A stretch of 64,000 nucleotides of DNA from Antedon mediterranea (lineage: Eukaryota; Animalia; Echinodermata), in the NCBI RefSeq assembly GCF_964355755.1, contig NC_092674.1:25854001-25918000 (forward strand), read 5' to 3'. Positions 54,152-64,000 of this stretch are shown here, in pieces. Position 1 is the first letter of the stretch; each line of letters starts with the position of its first letter. A program made the position numbers and the translations under genes. The notes under the pieces were generated by a model. It was not told the DNA's origin, did not search any database, and saw only the letters and a program-made list of their open reading frames with translations.

Positions 54152-54911
54152 ATATCATGGCATCTTTCATCCACTGAGGCCTCGGATGAGAAAGTCAACT
54201 CTTACGATTATCATAATCCTTATTTGGGTAGTCTCGTTCCTCGTTTGTATCCCAACACTTCTTTATGCCAACGTTAGTGAAGCATACGATTGCAACGTAG
54301 AACGAGATGTCGCAACATGTGCCGAGTTATGGGGCGACATACATCCCAATATCATGCCGTTTTACTTTGTCTTCATCACCTTTTTTGAGTTCCTGGTTCC
54401 TATGTTGGTCATGTCATTCATATACGTGCGTATTGCGCTTCAGTTGTGGTTGCATAGGGCGCCACCTGGTTACGTCACTTCCGAGCGGCAGCGAGAGATT
54501 ACGTCGATCCGAAAACAAAAAACCATACCCATGCTGATAACGGTTGTGGTAGCGTTTGGTATATGCTGGTCACCATGGCACGCATACAACCTTGCTCAAG
54601 TCTTTCATTTTAAATATAATGTTGACAAGTTTCAAAGCCAGGTTTCTGTTTATTCTATTGTGGAAGGAATAGCAATATTTAACTGTGTTTTTAACACGAT
54701 TGTTTACTTCGCTTTAAGTCCAGTTTTCAGGAAGGAACTAAGAAGCATCTTCCTAAAGAAATGCCCAATGTCAAGACGGCGTCCGGACCCGGGGTCTGTC
54801 CCGAAGACGTCCAACGCCACGGGGGCAACAAGGACGCCTAGCCAGATGTCGCAGTTGCGAAACGGGTACAACATGATTAAAAAGACTGAAACGAATGAAT
54901 CAAAAGTTTGA
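54152..54911 (+). CDS. Prokineticin receptor-like class A GPCR, coding exon 2 (ICL2 to C-terminus)
   Basis: Polypyrimidine acceptor tgttctttcAG ends at 54151. AG+A rebuilds the Arg of DRY, then YHGIFHPLRPRM, TM4 W, ECL2 Cys, TM5 FEFLVP, TM6 FGICWSP, TM7 VEGIAIFNCVFNTIVY. Joined CDS is 482+760=1242 nt, 413 aa plus stop. Confidence 0.92.
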
Positions 54912-57532
54912 ACTGCTGGCGAGTGTATACATCTATTCTATACCCAATGTTGTTAAACGTGTAAAATATTGTGACAACGACGCTTAGATCAGCAACACAC
55001 GACAATTTTAAAATTGTCATTGACACCATAAGAAACATCAGTGGCAGCTGAGTAGCGGTTATATGGTGTATTGTACATTTGAACGCACGCCATACGAACA
55101 GTATGATCTGTGCATGTCTACACACCAATAGACATGATTGTGACGGTTACCCTGATTTCAAAATGTGGAGTAACGTCACGGAGGAGGAAGAGATTAAATA
55201 CTGTATTTGTAGATTTGGTCGCATAGGTAAATCTGTGACTAAGCTGTATTTTGCTGATTTTATTTCTGGTTTTAGGAAACAAACTTATCCTACTTATTTT
55301 AGAACAATTTTAAGTACCTGTGCCTTTATTAAATATCATTGTAAAAAAAAATAACTATATTATACGGTCATGTTAAGAGTTTATGTTTCAACCACTGTAT
55401 GTCTTTATTATTTCTATTTCAACGATAAACTAGCCATCATACGGTATACTATTAATATATATATTTGTAGGCCTACATGCGAAGGCTTAGAACTGTATAA
55501 CATTTTCACTATCATTGTAAATTAAACATCTTTTTTATCAATCAATTTGGTTGAAACGTACAGCTGAGTGATAGGCGTTAAGCTTTTTGTTCACTGTTTT
55601 TAAAATGATAATGATAGTATTCTCAATCATTTTTTACGCTTTTGGATATGCACGATTTTGCTACATTGTATAAAATATGTTTGTGCTGAACAACAACAAA
55701 CATACATTTCTTGTCACATTTTCTATAAAAAAACACTGATGACATAAGTCATGGCTTTCGATTTGCTTAAAGCATAATACGTAGGCAGCTTATACATATG
55801 AATTGCCTTGTACGTTAATAATGTTAACGTATTTTGTGGCGTGTAAAACATTGGTCACCGCTCAATAGATGCCGATTTTTGTGTCAGTATCATGTAGACA
55901 ACGAGGAAATGCGTGGCTGTTTCATGTCACACGTACATATATACTTAAAAAACCACTCTAATGTCTCTCACTATAAAAAAAATAAATAAATAAACAGCAT
56001 CGACAGAGTTCGAACCATTGCCTTCCGATTAGGAAGTCTAGACAACTGGGCTTGTAGAAAAGCAATTCAATTCAATGTGCGCATGTCTGTTAAATCACCG
56101 TCTCCTTCGTCTATCTATCCCGTAACGTTCGCTGTTACCGTACATTTGGGAGCTTGTTTTTGTGATGTGATTAGAAGGTCTGCCTCAAATCCAACGACGT
56201 TACTAACCCACTATCTAGTCATTAGAAGATCCTTACGTCCAACCAATATATAACATGTTTTCGTGTTCATATAATAGTACTGTGTTTAACCTTGACACCT
56301 AAAATCATAAGTGCATTATGTAGTATAAATCTAAAATTATAATGTAATATTACTTAATATTGTTTAATATCTGAAATTATTATGTAATATTAAATAGAAT
56401 ACAGTACAGTATAATCTCTACATTTATTATTCAATATTATATAAATAATAATAATATTGTGCAGTGACTCTAAGATCAGTCTGTAATACTGTATTACAAT
56501 GTATACTTTACTATGAGGATCATTATACACATGGCATGTTATGGGTAATAAATTAATGATTTGAATTTATGATAAAAGTGATCGATATCGACTTGTAATC
56601 GATGCATTTATTGTACCGTGTGAACATAACCGAGCAGAAAGTTAATTAAATGCTTTAATACAAAATTGTGTTTATCTATCTTGATTTTAAAATTAGGGAA
56701 AAAAGGTTTAGCATAAATTCATTTTCTAAAAGGTGTTTTGATTATTTGCTTCTTGAAACACATTTTACTTTCAAATCCAACAGTATTTATAATATTCGAT
56801 CTCATTTCCGACGTTTTCAATTAACTTTAACCCACAATATTATCTAAGGTAAATTCAGTCTGAGAGCAAACGACAATTGCCAAACGTACTGTGTATAAAA
56901 AGTAACTTAATATGTTAAAATGTTACGATAGCATAAATGTAATGCTTAGTGAAAACCTTGAGTGTAAGTGTACTTTGTTAAATTCGACTTAGATGCATTA
57001 AACTTAAATAAATGTATGAATGAATATCTCGGACCATCTTGATTTTTGTAATGTTACAAAAAAAAACAAAAAAAAACGGTTTCACCGACAAAAGCACCGT
57101 TATCTAATTAACATTACTTTACCAATTTTAGAGTAGAGTAATATAGCAGGTAAGGCCACTTGGATCACTGTCCTTTATGGAAAGCCTTTATTGTTGAAAA
57201 CGTCGCCCTCAGTTGTCCCTATTCTGGACAGAAAAACAAATCTTATAATATTGTACAAGGCTGCAGTCGCGTGCTCAAATTTTAGTCAGTGTTTACCGAC
57301 CGACCAACCGAACGACATAATGAGCTGTCGAGTCGCATTGCACGTGAAATGAAGCCCCTAAATGGACAAATTTCACCAATCCCGATCGAAAAGAGTAATA
57401 CTTATCTGCTGTACATGTAAAACACATGATTGTATATAATATAATAATAAGGTAAGATTTCTGACGAATTGTGTAACCCCACTTCAGCTTCGGTACCATA
57501 TGGCGCTTCTGTTCTCCTATTTGTACATATAA

Positions 57533-57906
57533 AGCTGATTTTCCACTAGGCGAATTTGTTCGCGCGAATCGAAAGCGTCATGCTCTGCGCATGCGTATTC
57601 GAGTTTCTGTCTGTCATACTCCCTTCTGCGACGAATTCTAGTTCCTTGAATTTTCGCTGTAGCGAAATTTACTAGTTCGAATTGTTTCTACTTTTTGCGA
57701 AGCGAAATATTGCGCAACCAATCAGAGCTCAGGAAATGAGCTATGACGCTTTCATGAGCAGTCATGAAAATCGAAATGCTCAGCAACCACGCGAGGAACA
57801 TGAACGTCGCAGCTATTCGCTCATGTAGTGGAAAGAGAGTAGGCGATTTTTGTCTCTTCGAAACGTTTGATTCGCGCGAACAAATTCGCCTAGTGGAAAA
57901 TCGGCT
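57533..57906. mobile_element. PIF/Harbinger-like MITE (374 bp)
   Basis: ~38-bp TIR AGCTGATTTTCCACTAGGCGAATTTGTTCGCGCGAATC with one mismatch, flanked by TAA and TTA. Confidence 0.8.
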
Positions 57907-60900
57907 TTAATCACGTGTACAGCATACCGCACTTGACGCGCGCGTTTATAAACGCCAATTTACTCTGACAAGCAGTAACGATAATAAAAATATAGAGTCT
58001 ATGTTATTCCTTCTGACCAACGCGGAGCGGACGGGAGGTTTCCGCTCAGGATAGATACAGACTCTACGTGGTACTCTACGGTTTCCGCTAGCCGTTACCG
58101 CTCGTCTGTGTAAATTAGCCTTATAGGAACTATGTTGCATCGGAAAATATGTTGCATCTGAAACTCATTTAACCTTAAAACTAACTCCATGATAGATCTA
58201 CCTTAATTCATGTTAAGCTACATTACCAAGAATTAGTATGTGTAATATGAATAACATATTTTAATATGTTAAAACAATTTTAAATGGCCTAATATTAAAT
58301 CACAATCTATATGGGAACCACGGAGGCATTAAAACTGTATTAATAATGCACTCGTAGATATTTGAGATTTATTGACGAATTCCTGATTGTTTACACATAT
58401 TATTTGAATATAAAAACGTGCACGTGTCGGCACGCACTGACCAATCGAAGTTAAAACTGCAAAAGATAAAATATTTATTATAAATTGTGAACTTTAATAC
58501 TCACATGAGGAGTTTTAAAAGGCCGATGCCCGTTAGGTCAAAGGAAAATAGATGGATTTGTGCCCATGAGACCAAGTCTCTTTGATATCCTAAGTGCAGC
58601 TCTTTCACATTCGGTACCGTATTTCATAGAATTTTAAAAATCACTATTTACTATGACCCATGACCCTCCCTAGTTAATTTTATCAATATAACATATAATC
58701 TGTTTAAGCCAAGTATTTAATCACAGTAAGTTGTGTAGGCCTATACTATTTAATGACTACTACCCTAAAGATTTCCTGTGACGTTTCTATTGGGTTTTTT
58801 TTACTCAATTTTTACAGATGGAAATTGAGGGCGCCGGGCAAGTAAAGAACATTCGAAAGAAAGGTGAAACACCCATACATTATTTTTAGAAATAACTTTA
58901 TGATTTATTTAATCAGTCTTAGTCGTTGCCTTCACATTGATGGTATATTCTTTTCAAATATCACTGCCCATTCGTTATTTTGCCAAATAAATTCTAATAA
59001 CAGGATCAATAATAAGTACACAGAATAAAAAGATATGTATCGAGTTGTGCAGGCTGTAAACAAGCGGATCTCGCTTTATTTTTTATTTTTGGTAGAGTTA
59101 AAGATGTAAAAAATGTGTAAAACAATTTTTGAACATTTTAACTTGAAATATTATTTTTAAAATACAGAAGAAATAATAATAATAATTATTATTATTAAAA
59201 TATTAGCTTTACAACATACATTTTGAGAAGATACTGTGCTCTCTGTAAGCCCATGGAAATTAACGCCCCCAAACGATTATTATGATTGATACCCATTTCA
59301 GTTTTGAGGATCTGTTGGTCTGCAGTTCTCTGTATACTACTAATATTATACGTGGTACAGCAAAATTCATTTTGTTGACTCTCTTTTCTGTAAACTATTC
59401 TTTATTCGTCTCTTTTAGCAATAACGCCCTCTATTTTAAATCAAAATTGAAATACTATAGAGGGCATACTCAACATAAATAAATGTATATGTTAAAAAGA
59501 AAAAAAAAAGAAGAATATATTAAAAACTAATTTTTTATATCCAATACTTGACTATCAGAGTTGAATCTTAGAGTTCATACAGGCCTACTACGGATTAAAA
59601 AAAACAATAAAAATTAAACTTTTTAATTGTATATAGTAAGAAATTTAAAATTAAAACGTCTGTACTCGAATGATCACTGTACTCGAATGATAACCCCTAG
59701 TACTGTAGTCTTATTTACGATAATGTAAATTCATAATAAATTCAGCGAATACTTTGGATGATTAGATGTTTGACAGAGACAATCATGTTTCTTATGTAAA
59801 GTCGATTAGAAGATCTGATTTGTGTGTTGGGAAACTCGAGGGAAATTCCTGTTTTAATATTAGTTATTAATATTCAGTTTAGAAATTAAAAGCTCTTTCA
59901 AAATTTTAAAATTGAATCATAAATTAAATTAAAAAATGTACAAATGTATATTTTTGCATTATTTTTTTTAAATGGATGGATACACAACATGTTTTTATTT
60001 GCGGTTTTAAAGGGATTTTTTTCATGGCATGACGAGAAACTTGGATCTCGTGTCGATGCAATGCAAGGACGTAACCCCAACGCAAGTGATTTGACGAATC
60101 ATCCGAACTCTTGCTTGTGGTTGGTCAACTCACTTGCGTCGTCGTTGCGCCGCGATCAAGTGGAAACGGAGCTCAATGTCTACGAATCAACAGAGCCTGC
60201 GAATGTCAGCATAATAATAGGTATAACCACTTTCGCGGTCGAACGCTGTCTACCCTATCAAACTAGTTTGATAAAATAAATTGTGATGTCCCCAAATATG
60301 GTAGTGATATACCCAAATATGGTAGTGATATGAGATCATCATGTCCATATATAGGCACATCACATTTCTTTGTCACATGAAGTTTGATAGTGTAGACAGC
60401 TTAACAGATTGATGTGGTTGCGCAACACATCATGTGCGCACATTAACTATCAAACGACGCGATGTTAAGGCTGCGACAACTACATGACGTAATGAAATCG
60501 CGTATTTGTAGAATATCCGATTGTTTTATATACATGCGCAACTTGTTCAGTGATTTGTTATAGTATTTGATCAGCGTAATTTCCTTATTATGATGAATGA
60601 GAGACGGACGTTTTTCTGACACCACGATCACAAATTAGGTTCTTAATTCTGAAAATTTAGCATTTCTCTTTATGAAAAAATAGGTCAAAACATCGAGTAG
60701 AAATCCTCATTCAATTTATGATCAATTTTATTAAGACACGAGTCAAATGCTTTGGGAAAAATAAAACAGTGTTTGACACACATCACGTTTATTGGAATAT
60801 GACAGGTGGAACTCAGTGAAATCACTTGTGGGCATTACACTCGTGACAATGAAAACACATGTTTAGCAAATATGAAACCGATTTTATTTGTAACAATTTT

Positions 60901-61008
60901 ATAATTATATTCCTAGTAGCCTATATTTCTTTCAAAATGTAATTAATTTTTCGATTAAGATGTTGAACATTAAAACCCGATCATAAAACGGTAACTTATG
61001 TAATATTA

Positions 61009-61170
61009 TACAAATAATGAATGTTTATGAGTGCAATGGTACAAATAATGGCACGAGGTGAATGATGAAAGGTTATATCAACGAGGCAAAGCCGAGTTGA
61101 TATAACCTTTCATCATTCACCAAGTGCCATTATTTGTACCATTACACGAATACAAAACATTCATTATTTG
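61009..61170. repeat. Imperfect foldback palindrome centred on CGAGGCAAAGCCGAG
   Basis: Arms of ~75 bp are reverse-complementary with a few internal mismatches. Confidence 0.8.
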
Positions 61171-61488
61171 TTTTATATAACATCTAGACATTTTTTTTTC
61201 GTACACAAAAATGTTTCAAAAAGTACTATTTAACGATCGTTGAATAGTGCGTACTATTGCACGCCATGTGACCCACATTCGTCCAATCAAATGACAGGAA
61301 TTTATATAGGTGTTATATAATACTATTTACTGTATGATTATATTAAAATAAAACACTGTAGATGCATACAAAATTAAATAGATTTTGGGTTTCACGCTAT
61401 TTGGTACATACATTTTTCGAACGTTTTTCATCCATTCTGAAATATAGATTTTTAGTTTAAGAATAATGATTTATAATGATGATAATTT

Positions 61489-64000
61489 CGTCTTCTCTCT
61501 CTTGTCTTTTCACTCTTGTCTTCTCACTCTTGTCTTTTCACTCTTGTCTTCTCACTCTTGTCTTTTCACTCTTGTCTTCTCACTCTTGTCTTCTCACTCT
61601 TGTCTTCTCATTCTTGTATTTTTACTCTTGTCTTCTCCCTCTTGTCTTCTCACTCTTGTCTTCTCCCTCTTGTATTTCCACTCTTGTCTTCTCCCTCTTG
61701 TCTTCTCACTCTTGTCTTCTCACTCTTGTCTTCTCCCTCTTGTATTTCCACTCTTGTCTTCTCCCTCTTGTCTTCTCACTCTTGTCTTCTCACTCTTGTC
61801 TTCTCCCTCTTGTATTTCTACTCTTGTCTTCTCACTCTTGTCTTCTCACTCTTGTCTTCTCCCTCTTGTCTTCTCACTCTTGTCTTCTCACTCTTGTCTT
61901 CTCCCTCTTGTATTTCCACTCTTGTCTTCTCACTCTTGTCTTTTCACTCTTGTCTTCTCACTCTTGTATTTTTACTTTTGTCTTCTCACTCTTGTCTTCT
62001 CACTCCTGTATTTTCACTGTTGTATTTTTACTATTGCCTTCTCACTCTTGTATTTTCACTCTTGTCTTCTCACTCTAGTATTTTCACTCTTGTCTTCTCA
62101 TTCTTGTATTTCCACTCTTGTCTTCTCACGCTTGTATTTTTACTATTGTCTTCTCACTCTTGTATGTTCACTCTTGTCTTCTCACTCTTGTCTTCTCACT
62201 CCTGTATTTTCACTCTTGTATTTTCACTATTGTCTTCTCACTCATGTATGTTCACTCTTGTCTTCTCACTCTTGTCTTCCCACTCCTGTATTTTCACGCT
62301 TGTATTTTTACTATTGTCTTCTCACTCTTGTATGTTCACTCTTGTCTTCTCACTCTTGTCTTCTCACTCCTGTATTTTCACTCTTGTATTTTCACTATTG
62401 TCTTCTCACTCTTGTATGTTCACTCTTGTCTTCTCACTATTGTCTTCCCACTCCTGTATTTTCACTCTTGTATTTTCACTATTGTCTTCTCACTCTTGTA
62501 TTTTCACTTTTGTCTTCTCACTCTTGTATTTTCACCCTTGTCTTCTCACTCTTTTATTTCCACTCTTGTAGTCTCACTCTTGTATTTTCACTCTTGTATT
62601 TTCACTATTGTCTTCTCATTCTTGTATTTTCACTTTTGTCTTCTCACTCTTGTCTTCTCACTCTTGTATTTTCACTTTTGTCTTCTCACTCTTGTATTTT
62701 CACCCTTGTCTTCTCACTCTTTTATTTCCACTCTTGTAGTCTCACTCTTGTATTCTCACTCTTGTATTTTTCACTCTTGTCTTTTCACTCTTGTCTTCTC
62801 ACTCTTGTCTTCTCACTCTTGTCTTCTCACTCTTGTCTTTTCACTCTTGCCTTCTCACTCTTGTATTTTCACTCTTGTATTTCCACTCTTGTATTTCCAC
62901 TCTTGTCTTTCCACTCTTGTCTTCTCACTCTTTTCTTCTCACTCTTGTCTTCTCACTCTTGCCTTCTCACTCTTGTCTTCTCACTCTTGTATTCTCACTC
63001 TTGTATTTCCACTCTTGTAGTCTCACTCTTGTCTTCTTACTCTTGTATTTTCAGTCTTGTCTTCTCACTCTTGTCTTCTCGCTCTTGTATTTTCACTCTT
63101 GTCTTCTCACGCTTGTATTTTCACTCTTCTCTTCTCATTCTTGTATTTCCACTCTTGTCTTCTCATTCTTGTCTTCTCACTATTGTCTTCTCACTCTTGT
63201 ATTTTCACTCTTCTCTTCTCATTCTTGTATTTCCACTCTTGTCTTCTCATTCTTGTCTTCTCACTATTGTCTTCTCACTCTTTTATTTCCACTCTTGTCT
63301 TCTCACTCTTGTCTTCTCACTCTTGTCTTCTCACTCTTGTCTTCTCACTTTTGTATTTCCACTCTTGTCTTCTTACTCTTGTCTTCTCACTCTTGTGTTT
63401 TCACTCTTGTATTATTATTACTCTTGTCTTCTCACTCTTGTATTTTCACTCTTGCCTTCTCACTCTTGTATTTTCACTCTTCTCTTCTCATTCTTGTATT
63501 TTCACTCTTGTCTTCTCACTCTTGTATGTGTACCCTTGTCTTCTCACTCTTATATTTTCACTCTTGTCTTCTCACTCTTGTATTTTCACTCTTCTCTTCT
63601 CATTCTTGTATTTCCACTCTTGTCTTCTCACTCTTGTCTTCACACTATTGTCTTCTCACTCTTGTATTTCCACTCTTGTATTTCCACTCTTGTCTTTCCA
63701 CTCTTGTCTTCTCACTCTTTTCTTCTCACTCTTTTCTTCTCATTCTTGTATTTTTACTCTTGTCTTCTCACTCTTGTCTTCTCACTCTTGTATTTTCACT
63801 CTTGTCTTCTCACTCTTGTATTTCCACTCTTGTCTTCTCACTCTTGTATTTCCACTCTTGTATTTTGACGTTTGTCTTCTCACTCTTGTCTTCTTTCTCT
63901 TGTATTTCCACTCTTGTATTTTCACGCTTTTCTTCTCACTCTTGTATTTCCACTCTTGTATTTCCACTCTTGTCTTCTCACTCTAGTCTTCTCACTCTTG
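61489..64000. repeat. 14-bp pyrimidine-rich satellite (CACTCTTGTCTTCT)n running off the window end
   Basis: More than 2.5 kb of tandem units with variants such as CACTCTTGTATTTT and CACTCTTGTATTTC. Confidence 0.95.

Noticed and set aside
61466-63986. ORFs of 200-800 aa rich in L/S/F/H/C
   Set aside because: They are translations of a 14-bp satellite that is open in several frames, with no domain or splice evidence.

Overview
AT-rich eukaryotic (animal) genomic DNA, probably a marine invertebrate deuterostome such as an echinoderm; this is inferred from the repeat types and the receptor. The only supported protein-coding gene is a + strand class A GPCR resembling prokineticin receptors: 413 aa from two coding exons (27878-28359 and 54152-54911) separated by a 25.8-kb phase-2 intron that splits the DRY motif. 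It has candidate upstream non-coding exons. The rest is repeats: PIF/Harbinger-like, Kolobok-like and MULE-like MITEs, a Helentron/DINE-like element, tRNA-derived SINEs (Deu/Nin and CORE types), two truncated LINEs, several minisatellites and a terminal 14-bp satellite. The most unusual structures are a 5S rRNA 5' half fused to a truncated LINE inside a 49-bp inverted repeat, a perfect 107-bp palindrome, back-to-back retroelement 3' ends within a ~200-bp direct repeat, and a tandem array of Pol III B boxes. No CRISPR or prokaryotic system is present, and nothing here proves a new biological system without further computation.
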